From Octopus sinensis (lineage: Eukaryota): a stretch of 64,000 nucleotides of DNA. Location of the stretch: positions 144,770,001-144,834,000 of the forward strand of contig NC_042999.1 of assembly GCF_006345805.1 (NCBI RefSeq), in the 5' to 3' direction. Shown piece after piece: positions 1-13,080 of this stretch. Position 1 is the first letter of the stretch. Each line of letters starts with the position of its first letter. The notes under the pieces are model-generated. The model did no database searches. It saw only the letters and a program-made list of their open reading frames with translations, and had not been told where the DNA came from. A program made the translations under genes and the position numbers.

Positions 1-699
1 GCTTGGGTTGGACGTTCAACTGGGGTCTGTGAACCCAGAAGGCTGCATCAGGCCCAGTCTGATCTGGTAGTGTTTCTACGGCTGGATGCCCTTCCTAACG
101 CCAACCACTCCGCGAGTGTAGTGGGTGCTTTTTACGTGCCACCTGCACAGGTGCCAGACGGAGCTGGCAAACGGCCACGAACGGATGGTGCTTTTACGTG
201 CCACCGGCACGGAGGCCAGTTGGTGCGGTGCTGGCAACGGCCATGAACGGATGGTGCTTTTTACGTGCCACCAACATGGGGGCCAGGCGAGGCTGGCAAC
301 GGCCACGAACGGATGGTGCTTTTTACGTGTCACCGGCACAGAAGCCAGTCGGGGCGGAGCTGGCAACGGCCACGAACGGATGGTGCTTTTTACGTGCCAC
401 CAACATGGGGGCCAGGCGAGGCTGGCAACGGCCACAAACGGATGGTGCTTTTTACGTGCTACCGGCACAGGGGCCAGGCGTGGCTGGCAACGGCGACGAA
501 CGGATGGTGCTTTTTACGTGTCACCGGCACGGAGGCCAGTCGGGGCGGCGCTGGCAACGGCCACGAACGGATGGTTCACTTACTTGTCACCGGCACTGGT
601 ATCATAGCCGCAATTTCCATTGATGTTGATCGACTTCGATTTTGGTTCTGCTTTCTGATATCTGATTTGATTTGGTTTGATTTGATTTTATTTTGATTT

Positions 700-703
<4 letters not shown>
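1..703 (-). mobile_element. Non-autonomous retroposon with RTE-type 3' tail and internal 62/67-bp tandem array (3' end beyond window start)
   Basis: Reverse complement of ggttggcgttaggaagggcatccagccgtagaaac, the motif that also ends the RTE fragments in this window. Array units start at 183, 249, 311, 378, 440, 502 and 569; the 5' end is (AAATC)n-like. Confidence 0.8.
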
Positions 704-747
<44 letters not shown>

Positions 748-944
748 ATATATGTGTGTGTGTGTGTGTGTGTATATATATGTGTGTGTATATATATGTG
801 TGTGTGTGTGTATATATATGTGGTGTGTGTGTGTATATATATGTATATATGTGTGTGTGTGTGTGTGTATATATATGTGTGTGTGTGTGTATATATGTGT
901 GTGTGTGTGTGTGTGTATATATATGTGTGTGTGGTGTGTGTGTG

Positions 945-1005
<61 letters not shown>

Positions 1006-1037
1006 GTATATACATATGTATGTGTATATATATATAA
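704..1037. repeat. Compound (TA)n/(TG)n microsatellite
   Basis: Directly visible; source of the IY/CV/HT ORFs. Confidence 0.95.
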
Positions 1038-1536
1038 CACACACATGGTTGCATGTCCATGTGGAAATGTGTATATATGTGAACCTTATCATTCCAAACC
1101 AAGCAAAACTGTTATCTAAAGAGAATATTAAACAATATAAAGATTTTAGTATAGAAAAGTAAGTCTCAATTTCTGTGTATATATGTAGATGTATGTACAA
1201 GTGAGATGAGGACCTCCAACCTCTCTAGGAGGGCAGTAACTCTAAGTAAGTGACTTGGATTGTGATGACCTTTTCAACCCATAGCAACCTGAATGATGAC
1301 ATACAATGATAGTGATGTGTCTATATGTTTGTGTATGTATATATATATATTTGTATATTAATACATGCATACCGGTGAACGTATCAACATGTGAGTATAT
1401 ATGTAAATGAGTTGTTATAGGATTTTAGTTGGTATATCCAAATACTTTTGCCTGCTACTTATTTTTATCAATCTTTATTTATCAAATGGCTAAGTCTACC
1501 TCAGCATAAAGGATATAACTCTATAGAAAAGATGCT

Positions 1537-1570
<34 letters not shown>

Positions 1571-4034
1571 ACAACAATTTATCAGAAATCCCTTGCCACT
1601 ACATACACGGTGTGAGAAATATGTAAGAAAGATAGAACAGGAGAGGGGAAAGAGTGTGTGTATATGTGTGTGTAATAGAAGAGTGAGGATGAGTGCATTG
1701 AACAAAAGTGAAGTTGGTATTGATTTCTGGAGTAAATCTGTTGTTAAACATTCTGATGTTAAAATTGAATTAAAATATCATAAGCTATTTATTTCTTGAT
1801 TCACAAATATTGTTCATTCTCTGTCATGTTTCAATTGACATTTGAAGCTGTTTCATTTCACTTACATAGCTAATTTCTTCAAGAAAGAAATATTTGTTAT
1901 AACATTTTGTTTCTGCCAATAATTGGGGAGCCTTTTGCCTAATGAGGTCAATATTTTCATTAATGTTGTATGTATTCTTGCTAACCCTAACTGTCCTAAT
2001 CATTGCTCACACAGCCACCTCAAACATCACTATAAAATTTATTTCATACTAACAACTCTGTGCCTTATAAAAAGTAAACATATAAGATATGTGCTGACCT
2101 CTGAACTGGAACATCAATATGATCCTATTGCTTTTATTATTATCATTATTAATATCTTCATTATTGTTTTTATTATTGTCATTATTATTATTGTTATCAT
2201 TGTTATCATCATTATTCTTAATATTATACTATCATTGTCATTATTATTATTATTATCATCATCATCATTATTATTATTATTATTACAACTAAATTGTTAC
2301 TTTAGTCTTTTTCTTAGTAGTACAAATATTTAATTAACTATACATGTATCTTTGAATTTTGAGAGTAGAAAATCTTTTTGTGAAGCATCTTATCATCCAT
2401 AATTTTGTTTTGTTTTTTTCTTAGAAAGAGAAGGAAAACTGTAGTAAATTCTTTTCATTTCCCTCTGACCTAATGTTGACTTTTGCTTAGTTCTATATCT
2501 AACTTTTGTGTTGATTTTGCTCTCGCACATCTAATATAATAAATGGGAAAACTAATTTCTGTGTGTCAATGTGTCACACTCTCTCACTATTCAGTAACAC
2601 TCCTACTATTCCTCATGATGGGGTGAGAGTAATAGTAGGCATAGAGACGAAGAGGGCAATGGCAAAGTTAGAAAGAGAGACAAAGAAATTTAGGGAGAGT
2701 TGATGATGTTTTATTAAAAGTAGTAGTGTTGATGGTGACAGTGGGAGTAATAATAAGAGATAGGGAAAGAGTGGGTATGTGAAAGAAAGGGACTGAACAC
2801 TGTATGAGCTGTCATTGTGATAGAGGCAGAGGTGGTGGTGAGAGTAAGGGACGTGAAAGATAGTGGTGATGGTGGTGGAGGGAAAGGCATCAAAATCAAA
2901 GATATTGATGTGTATATGGCAGTTGTGGTGGTACTGGTGATGGTGATGGTTGAAAGCAATTAACAGAAAGAGAGAAAGAAAGAGGTTAGATAGAAAAAAA
3001 AATTGTACTGAGCCCCAAATGGGAAGACAAAAAATGTTGTTTATCATGCAGCTTTGCAATAAGTTCCAAGTCCACAAATTATATCATTGTTTTGATGAAA
3101 ATTGTTCATTGCTTGAAAAATATTGGTCAAGTTTAATAAAATTTTATATGCACTCAATACATGAAGTGTCATTGTTGGGCCCAAGACCCAATGAAGGTCC
3201 CACCACAGGAGCTAGCTTAAAAGCCACTCAATAGGGTGGCTTTTAATCTAGTACATCATATATACATTCAAGTCTGCTGTTTTAGGTGCTTCTAAAAATA
3301 CTTTTCCATAATGTTTAATATTTTTGTGTAATTCTATGCTGTCTAAACCAAGGGATGATTTTTTAAAAATTGACTGATATTTTTTAACTCAACATTTGTT
3401 TTACACACACACACATATGTATGAAGCTGTGCATATATTACTTCAGTCAAATTAAATATATGCTATAAGACTAGTACTAATTTGTCCATTGGTGAAACTT
3501 TAATACCTATGGATACAATGGTAAATTTTACTTCAGTTCAGATTCAGTTTTAACTCTTCAATTGAAAACAAAATATTTAAACCATTCAATTTTGGTGCTA
3601 CCCTAACACATGAAAGTCAAAGCTAATTAAGTTGGTAGTCTGATGGTGTACATAATGTCATTGGTACTATGTTGTTGTCATGGTTAAGACAGGTAATGCC
3701 ATAATTTATTAAGGTATAAATAGGTACCACAGAAAGTAGAAATTAGAACTTGTGTCTGTTAGCTCTCTAATCTGGGTTCAAATTCTGCTGGGTATCTTGC
3801 AATAGGAAAAGCACTTTGACAAAATAACTTGTTCTAGGAACATCATATGAAGACAAGATCTATTGTGTAGTGCCACTGTAACTCAACGACTTGTAGGAAG
3901 GCTCCTATAATACAAACATACACATAAATATTGTCAGTTTTAACACTAAATTACAGTGTCCATCTTAACATAAAATCACTGTTTATTCAATACACATTCG
4001 GTCAACTGTAATTACTTTTTAATTGATAATTTTA

Positions 4035-4321
4035 CAATGGGACCTTGGTTTACAACTTTAATTCATTCTTGAAGGCCATTTGTCACCTGAAACGTTCCTG
4101 AACCAAAACTATTTTTCCCATTGGGAATTCAAGAGAAGTCATGGTGATTTCAAGCAGGGATGTGTACTGAATGATAATTAGACAGTAATGGATTCTCTCC
4201 CAGCTTGTCACCATTGTTGCTGGGAGACACCATTTGTCACCCAAGATGTTTTAGGTTAAAAAAATTGTTTGTAAACCAATTCGTTAATGGTGAATGACAT
4301 TCATAAACTGAGGTTCCACTA
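4035..4321. mobile_element. Tigger/pogo-like MITE (degraded)
   Basis: TA|CAATGGGACCTTGGTTTACAA at the left and TCATAAACTGAGGTTCCACTA|TA at the right are imperfect TIRs with TA flanks. Confidence 0.5.
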
Positions 4322-4337
4322 TATAAATATATATATA

Positions 4338-4373
<36 letters not shown>

Positions 4374-5015
4374 TTCTTGAATGTTATCATATTGCTTTTT
4401 GGAAATCTATTATACTATTAGAAGCTTTATAGTTTCATAACATAATTTACAAAATACTTAGGAATAAATGCTTATATTTTGTTTATATTTCTTTTGGTTG
4501 GTTGAGTTGGTTATCCTCTCAGTCACAAAGACTTCTATATATTCTGGCACTAAGACACTTTTGTTTCTTAATTCTCTCAGCTTTAAAATGTATTTACTGT
4601 TTTATTGTGTGCAGAAATATTTCCAAGCTAATAAATTTCCCGAGAATTAGTAAGCATTATTTGTTGGAATGTAGTGCAAACAGCTCCACAGGTATGGTAG
4701 TTTTCCACAATACAATTTGACAGTGGTACTAATATTAATAAAAAGAATTAGGACTAGACCCCCATAAATTTATAGAAGAAAAATATAGTTGATTGATTGA
4801 CACCAAATATGTAAGTGATACTTATTTCATCAGCTCTAGAGAAATGAACAAGACGAAGTTTACTCTGGTACAGTTTGAAATGAAAATACTGTTTTCTGTT
4901 TTTGCGAAAACATTACATTTCTTGACTGTATCATATATTTAGTTATGGCACTATATTTCAAATCTGCTATGGTCCAGTTTGCTTTTCAGCTGTCTGGAGT
5001 CAAGCTAAATGCTAA

Positions 5016-5330
5016 TCTATATATATAAAATTGAGAATGTGTGTCTGTCTGTATGTGTGCATCACTAAAACTCAAGAACTACCCAACCGATTTCATTCAA
5101 ATTTTACAAATGCCTTACTTAGGGTCCATGGATTGTCATGGGCCAAAGAAATTTTCAACTTCATGACTAATGCGAGCCCAGAGCAATCTCTTTAGACTGT
5201 TTCAGTATTATATGTCAAAAATGAAACAATAACATCTCTATTGTAATGTGATGTAATAGTTTCACTAATACATGGTTTCACTTTTAATAGTTTAACTTTT
5301 AAGTTTCATTTTTATTAGTTTCACCATATA
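5016..5330 (+). mobile_element. 5' portion of a non-autonomous Helitron
   Basis: A|TCtatatatataaaa start followed by caaccgatttcattcaaatttt, resembling the 5' end of the Helitron at 44081-44730. No 3' end found. Confidence 0.5.
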
Positions 5331-5804
5331 TATATATATATAATATATATATATATGTGTGTGTGTGTGTATATATGCATGTATGTATATGTGTATGTAT
5401 ATATACGTATATATGTATTTATGTATATATATGTATGTATTTAATCAAAATAAGCAACAAGGATATCCAGATATACAGTAAGATCGTTTCAAACAACTCC
5501 ATTTAACTGAACAATGCAATCATTGCATCAATTTAAATGCAGAGCAATCCTCAGCTGCATAAATACATAGAATATAATTAAATTAAAACAGATGGACACA
5601 TGAGTATAATTTTACCTAAAATCTCCAAGAAGGTAAGGAGATAGACAAAACATGCTGTCTTCACTTCAGCTTAGAAGCTATTAAGGTATCAGAAAGAAAG
5701 ACTTGTTACAGATTTTGCTTATCACTGTTTTATGGGGTCAGATTTAATTTATAATATCCATATCGTTAGCCACTACACACATTTTTTTCTCGTTTACTGT
5801 GTCC

Positions 5805-5840
5805 TTTTCTGTAGAAGAGCGTAGGCTTGAAACGTAAAAG
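5805..5840 (+). ncRNA. Minimal type I hammerhead-like motif, U6 variant core (CUGUAGA-A)
   Basis: TTTT-CTGTAGA-A-GAGC(GTAG)GCTT-GAA-ACGT-A-AAAG: stem I, stem II, palindromic ACGU stem III, GUA site. Confidence 0.55.
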
Positions 5841-5930
5841 ACTTTTTCTATTCCTGAGCATTATACTAATACATCTGTTTGTTTTGTACACCACCTGCCT
5901 TTGTCTTTTGTTTTTTCCGTAAACTCTCCC

Positions 5931-6326
5931 TATATATATACATATAAATGTATACATATCCATATTTATATATATATATATGTATGAATCTATCTATTTA
6001 TATATACATGTGTGTGTATATATATACATATACACACATATATATATAAGCACCCACACACACACACACATATATAAATATATATATACATACATGTATA
6101 TATATAAATATATATATATATATACATACAGTATATATATATATAATGTATATATATATATTATATGTATATATATATATATATACATGTGTATATATAT
6201 ATATACATGTGTATATATATATACATGTATATATATAAATATATATATATATACATGTATATATATGTATATATATATATATACATGTATATATATGTAT
6301 ATTATATATATACATGTATATATATG

Positions 6327-6363
<37 letters not shown>

Positions 6364-6472
6364 TATATATATATGTATTATATATATATAATGTATGTAT
6401 ATATATATAGTATATATATATATGTATGAATCTATCTATTTATATATACATGTGTGTGTATATATATACATG

Positions 6473-6505
<33 letters not shown>

Positions 6506-6586
6506 GTATATATATATATAGTATGTATATATATAATGTATGTAATATATATATGTATGTATATATATATATGTATATAATATATA

Positions 6587-6619
<33 letters not shown>

Positions 6620-6730
6620 CATGGGTATATATATTATATGTATATATATATATATACATGGGTATATATACATTTATATGTATATATATATATATACATG
6701 GGTATATATACATTTATATGTATATATATA
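5931..6730. repeat. Complex TA-rich microsatellite/minisatellite
   Basis: Visible; internal direct repeat tgtatgaatctatctatttatatatacatgtgtgtgt near 5981 and 6423; acatgggtatatata units at 6617-6730. Confidence 0.9.
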
Positions 6731-6820
6731 GGGAGAGTTTACGGAAAAAACAAAAGACAAAGGCAGGTGGTGTACAAAACAAACACATGTATTACTATAA
6801 TGCTCATGAATAGAAAAAGT

Positions 6821-6856
6821 CTTTTACATTTCGAGCCTACGCTCTTCTACAGAAAG
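6821..6856 (-). ncRNA. Second copy of the U6 hammerhead-like motif (inverted)
   Basis: CTTT-CTGTAGA-A-GAGC(GTAG)GCTC-GAA-ATGT-A-AAAG; ACGT has decayed to ATGT. Confidence 0.5.
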
Positions 6857-6960
6857 GGACAAAGAAAACAAGGAGAGATACAAATGTGTGTAGAGGCTAA
6901 CGATATGGACATATATACATTTATATGTATATATCTCTATATACATGTGTATATATATTA

Positions 6961-7232
6961 TAGTCTCAAGTCGACCAAAGCCTTGTGAGTGGATTTCGTA
7001 CACAGAAACTGAAAGAAGCCTGTTGTATATATGTGTATATTTATGTGTGTTTGTACCCCCAGCATTGCTTGACAATCAATGTCTCTGTGTTTACGCTACC
7101 TTAACTTAGTGCCTTGGCAAAAGACACCGATAGAATAAGCACTAGGTTTACAAAGAATAAATCTTGGGCTCAATTTGTTCAACTAAAGGCAATGCTCCAG
7201 CATGGCCATAGTCACATGACTGAAACAATTAA
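6961..7232 (+). mobile_element. tRNA/CORE-type SINE, 5'-truncated
   Basis: Same body and tail as the fuller copy at 40950-41360 (gccttgtgagtggattt...gaaagaagcc...tgctccagcatggcc...tgactgaaacaa). Confidence 0.75.
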
Positions 7233-8989
7233 AAACTATGCTGTTTTAATCCCAAGCAATGCTGGTATCTCTGCTAGTTAGATACTGAAGTTAAGTTGAT
7301 GAACTTTGTCCCTCACTCCTACAGATTTGTAGCAAGTTCTAGTAATTTACTACAGTTGATTCAATTATTTTGTTTGTTTCTACAATGAATGTCAGTTTTG
7401 AACACATGTAAGTGGTCATTATTAATATAGGATTTGGTAAAAACTGTAGAGTATATATTAGCTTGACTCTCTTTTAATAATAAGTTAGCAAAGTGAGGGG
7501 CATCAGTACCCATGACTTTTGCAGTCTCTTCTTTCTGACTAGTACATTCAGTGTAATCGACGTTTAGCTCAAATATCTGTAGACTGATGTATGCATAGAA
7601 AGTGTGAGCATGAGATTTAATGCATGTTCTATGGACCACAGTAGGTATGAGTGTGCTGGGTGGCTTTGAGTTAATGAGGTATGCAACTGGCTAATTTAGA
7701 GAAGTAAGAGCTATAGATGTGGGTGAAGGGATGGAGAGAAGAAACAGCAACTTTGAACCACTGATTGTAGTATATTGGTGTGTTATGTTGTTTGTTAGTC
7801 AAATGGTATTCTTGTAGATAGTGAGAAAAGGATGATTGCGTGTTTGTAAGAAAACAGTTCAACTCCAGATATGTGAGCAGTCTTACATTGTAGCTCTTAT
7901 TTAAGCTTTGCACAGTGTCAACAACAGATCAGAACTGAAATACTTTCAGTCAACACAGAAATTTAGTCTTTGCAGTAGTTGTTTGACAATATTATATTTG
8001 TGAGGACACTAATGCAATAATGTGAAGTATGTGATGTCACTAATGAAATATTATGATGTTAGGTCCCTTATGAAATACTGTTGGTGGTTCTAAGTCCTAG
8101 CATTTATTGTGACACCAAAGGGGGTTCTTTTTGTTTGTTTGTTTTATGTATAGAAAGGATATAGTTCAAGATTATTTTAATTTTAATAAGTTTTGTTCCA
8201 TGAAATCAATGCCACTAATTTGTAGATGTTGATTCAATGAACTTTTCTTTACAAAGATTAATCTTGCATATAGTAAAAACAAAATCAAGTATCTCTGTCA
8301 CTTAGTAGCTCATTTACATTGACATCTTCTTAATTGCATCAAGGAAAAATGGGTGCAGTGTGTTATCTGAAATTTGTTGTAGTTCTAGGAAGGCTTGGAG
8401 GAAAACTAACTGCCATAATTGCCAGCAGTGTGGCACAAATATATCTTGCAGCCCAGATTTTGGCAATGTAACAGTGTTAATAATGATAATAATGACTTCC
8501 TGTATTTGCACAATTCCACAGCTTTGTAGAAGAGTGGTGTATTTGACTGAATCTTATTTGGCTGAGCCTAAATATTTGAAAGGTAAAGTTGTTGCTGGTA
8601 AGATTTAGAGGAAGAATTGTGGAGGAATTGGAAGTCGTTCAATCCAGGGCACTAAATATTTCTGTGCCTCCACTTGCCTAATAATAGTAATGATAATAAT
8701 GATGATGATAGTAATAACACAGGCCAACAAAATTTTTTTTTTGTCTGTCAAAAAAAAATTGAACCTGAACTGGGGTTTTTTTGGCACATAGAATCCAAAA
8801 ATGACATTACCATCACATCAAAATTTTATGATACTGGATCCATAGAATTTCATTTTTTAAAAATTTTCAATAGCACACCTATGAGGGATAAGACATAACA
8901 TACAAACATACATAGAAATTGTTATTTTTCTTCAAAATTAAAATGTTTTCTTAAAATTCTACTGCAAAGCTAATAAAATTCTTAAAATT

Positions 8990-9863
8990 TCTACAGACAA
9001 ATATACCTAATTTCCCATGAATTTGCATTTGGATGATTTTCTTGGGTGTCGAACCTCAAGAAGATTGCGAGCCAAGTTCCATCAACAGTCCATCATATGT
9101 AAGCCCCATCTGCATTGATGCATTTTTTTTTTACTGATTTTATGTCCTGATGGAAGTATTCTTGTTTGTCACTTGTGTCTCAAAAATTTTCAGGGAATTT
9201 ATCAAGGTGATTGAGGAGATGGTGCAATTTTATGCTCATATTTGCACCAAACTTTTGAGAGTTTTCAGCATGTTCTTGACTATTTTGGCATAGTTAGCTG
9301 GTTTCTTGTTACCCACAGAGTCATTTACAACTACAACAAGTGAACGCCATGCTGCTGCTTCAATGCAGTTCATTGAATTTACAAAGGTCCTATCTTTCAT
9401 CAATTTTCTGATTTGAAGCCCAGCAAATTCTCCAGCTTTCTCTTTTCAATGCTCAGAACAGGAAATATACTGTAGATATAGTGAAAGCATGCATGGTTCA
9501 TTTTTATCCAGAGTCTTAACAAACTGCTTCATAATGCCAAGTTTGATATGGAGGTAGGATAATTTTTCCCAGTTGAACTAAAACCCCATTAAAGAACCCT
9601 GGAACTAATATTCACTGTGGTCATTCTTTGGTTACCCAATGTTTTTCCCTGGCTCTGCTGTCGCATGCATAAAAAAACATGGATATTTCACAGGTAAACA
9701 ATGCATTTTTTTGAAAAAATGAAAATTATGAAAATTGGTGGGTTTGAATATCTCAAAATCTAGAAATGATGGTAAAAAAAGGATTCCAATTTTGTATTCA
9801 ACATATCAAAAGCCTTCAAACTGGATAAAGATATCCTCACAACAAAATACTTGTTGGGTTGTG
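8990..9863 (-). mobile_element. Chapaev3-like (CMC group) DNA transposon remnant
   Basis: Minus strand gives a decayed LHIKLGIMKQFVKTL motif near 9530-9560, homologous to the ORF at 23274..23576; terminus ...gttgggttGTG|TAA. Family assignment is from recalled motifs. Confidence 0.55.
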
Positions 9864-10598
9864 TAATTGTCTCTCAAGAAAGCCATTTTCTCTGTATCAT
9901 GTTTAGAGAAAAGCAATCAGTGAATCATGTTTTCTGGGCAGATAAAAAAATATTTATTACTTAGTCCAGTCATTTGGTGCCTTTTACAATTTATGAATTA
10001 CAAAAGAAAAAAAAATCAACTTAAATTTTGTTCCTGGGTCATTTTTACAAAATAATCAAGAATGTGGATTTTGTCTCCTCCCCCCCCCTTTTTTTTTTCA
10101 ACTAAAGTCAGCATTGGTGATGATTGGAATAAATTTGGAATTATCATTAAGAAATTTAGGTTTGAATCAAAACCTGTTTAAAAAAACACTAAATATCAAA
10201 CCAATAAAAAATTTATTGGTTCAAAAAAGTATATTGGTATGTTTAAAATATATGTATTTACTTGAAACTTATTTAAGTACAGTAAAAAGTATGTTTCTAT
10301 TTTCCTATTTACAAAGCATGACTGACAGTAAATTTACTGGTGTTTGGCTACATTGTTCATTCACATCAGTGTTTGCAAGCTTGATTTGGCAAGAGTTTGG
10401 AGTTATGGTTAAAGTTCCTATTCTACAGCAAGTTTAAATGTTTTAAGCTTACAAAATATGTTTTATATACTTGAATATATTTTGAGTATGCAAATACACA
10501 CAAACACACACACGCACATTCATATACAGATACACTATATATATATACATATACAGATACACTATATATATATATATATGCACACACACACATCAAAT

Positions 10599-10814
10599 GT
10601 GGTCGATGCCAGTGCCACCTGACTGGCCCCCGTACCAATGGCACATAAAAAGCACCCTCTACATTCTTGGAGCGGTTGGCATTAGGAAGGGCATCCAGCT
10701 GTAGAAACCTGCCAGATCAGACCGAAGCCTTGTGCAGCCTCCTGGCTTGCCAGTACTCAGTCAAACTGTCTAACCCATGCCAGCATGGAAAGTGGACATT
10801 AAACGATGATGATG
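10599..10814 (+). mobile_element. RTE-tail retroposon copy
   Basis: ggttggcattaggaagggcatccagc...aacccatgccagcatggaaagtggacattaaacgatgatgatg. Confidence 0.8.
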
Positions 10815-12544
10815 GTACACATACACACACATGAACATATATACATATATTTATACATAAACATACAAATATATTGATATAGGTATATTTATATAATCTG
10901 AACTAATTAATTATCTTGTTTCAGTTCATATATCATTTTTGAAAGACTTCATGCTCCATTTTCAGATTTTATTTTTCCTTTCAATTTCATGTAAAGAAAG
11001 CATCTATACAATTTGCAACTACAACTTGAAGAAATAAAAGATAAAAGCTGAAAATAAATTTATGTTAAAAGTTCTTTCCTTGGTCTTTTAAGAAAGCATG
11101 TTAACTATTTGTTATAAGAAACCTTCCTATCTTAAACTGGCTCTATAAAATAATATGTCTAAAACTAAAAGCATTTACTGTAACACTCTTACATAATTAT
11201 CATTAATGTTTTATCTTCAATTTGGAATATAGATTGATTCTTTTATGTGGATTTAAAAAGAATACAGTGGGATCTATTATTTATTTTTGAAAAGCTAATT
11301 GGATCTCAAGCATATGTTGAAAACCCTATTCAAAAATATGTTAATCATCAAAAATAGAATCATTAATAATTAGAAAGCTATTGAAAATGATTTTTTTAAA
11401 CATTATGCCTCTATTTTTGTATTCTACTATGGGTGCGTTTTTGTTTGTTTTATGTTTTTGCAAATTTGGATATTTGCATATGAATTATTAGACTAATGTA
11501 TGGGTTTTAGTGTTGGATAGCTGCTCATTTTCATCTTGACTGAGAGATGCAAGCAGAATAATAGAATAATAATGTGCCTTGTCTAGGTGCAAAACAATTT
11601 TTGTAGCAAGGTTTTCAACTCAGTGTGTTCCCTGCCCTTTATTTCTTAATATTTCTTTTCATTTTAACCTTTTTATTGCCACTTTCCAATACAATCATGT
11701 ATGGAGTTTGTTTCTTTGTTCTTCAAATTTGAATATCTGTGTATGATTTGGGATGTGATAATTTAAAGTTGGCAGACTGAAGCAAGATGCATTGTCTTGG
11801 GTGTTAGAATATAATCTGTATTTTCAATAAGATATTGTTGAGTTACTGGTAAGAAATATCATGACTTGATACTCTCAGTATAACAGTTATAATAACATTT
11901 ATCTCAATGCTAAAAACTGTAATTATAACTCTATTTGTCCCAATACTCTTTGCATAACAATAATATACAAACATTCATTCCAACCTTGACAACTTCAGCC
12001 ATGCACACAATACACAAATGTAGTCTCAGATACATTATATCTGAGAACAAGATTTGGTGATCAGGGTTGCAAAGTTGATCATAGATCTCTTCAACATAGT
12101 TGCTCAAGCTGTCCAATATAACAGCTCAAATCTCTTTCAATAAACATTTCTACCATTTGTAAGATGATTGCCACTAATCAAGGAACAAAATGCTTCCAGA
12201 ATGAAGATAATATGCCTGTGCTTAGAAATGCCAAATCAAATTGTTTATTTGATCCTACCTCCCTGCCAAAAAGTCTGCTCAAATGGAATTGACCAGTTCT
12301 ATATAAAACAACAGCCATCATAACTTCATTAGAGTAATAACTACAACAATACAAGGTAGAAGAATGAAAACAAAATGCTTCCATTCTTCCTCAGTGTACT
12401 AAATAACATTTTATTGTAAACCTTTCTACATTATTTTATTCTGGATGGTACAATCAGTAGAACATCAAATTAAATATTTTCCAGTATTTATTTACATCTC
12501 TTCTTAATTCAAATCCTGCTAAGTTCAATTTTGCTTTCATCTTA

Positions 12545-13080
12545 TGGGGTTTGATGGAAAAAAATACCAATCGGGTACTGAGGTTGGTAAAATTGGCTAT
12601 ACTGTCCTTGAAAATGTGTGGCCTTGGTGCCTAAAGTTGAATTCTTATTATGAAGAGGGAATTGTATTGCCAGAATCGGAGCATCTGACAAAATGCCTTG
12701 TAGCATTTGTTTCAGCTCTTTATCTTCATAATTCAAATATATCTAATACTTGTTATCTCTTTGAGGTCAATAAAATAAAGTACCAGTCATGTACTGGGGT
12801 TGATATAATTGTCACATTTTTCTTAAATTTGTGGCTTGTGCCAAAATGAGAAATTATTATGAATTGGTTGGATCACTAGTGTGTCAGAAAAAAATACCTT
12901 GTAGTATTTCTTACAACTTATGTTCTGAGTTCAAATCCAGCCACAGTCAGTTTTGCCTTCTATCCTTTCAGGGTTGATAAAATACAGTACCACTCAAGTA
13001 CTGGGGTTGATGTAATCGACTCCTCCTTCCCCTCAAAAACTGCTGACACTGTGCCAAAATTTGAAACCAATAACAGAAAT
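12545..13080 (+). mobile_element. Three adjacent decayed copies of one SINE 3' region
   Basis: The motif ggg(t)tgataaaata-agtacca...gtactggggttgat...gtgccaaaat recurs near 12545, 12765 and 12970; the last copy has a B-box-like gagttcaaatcc upstream. Confidence 0.55.

Noticed and set aside
121-600. CRISPR-like array (constant GGATGGTGCTTTTTACGTG with variable spacers)
   Set aside because: The spacers are homologous to each other, the context is eukaryotic, there are no cas genes, and the array is internal to a dispersed retroposon.
576-1200. Long ORFs rich in IY/CV/HT dipeptides (also 5980-6988, 18901-19179, 50226-50486, 55370-55654, 57092-57540)
   Set aside because: They are translations of TA/TG/CA microsatellites that are open in most frames on both strands.
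7361-8608. Several 65-92 aa ORFs (also 11931-12384)
   Set aside because: No recognisable motifs, alternative starts, and no phase-compatible exon chain found.
12544-12849. 101-aa protein-like ORF MGFDGKKYQSG...
   Set aside because: Both ends overlap decayed copies of a SINE 3' region; no recognisable domain or consistent splice partners.
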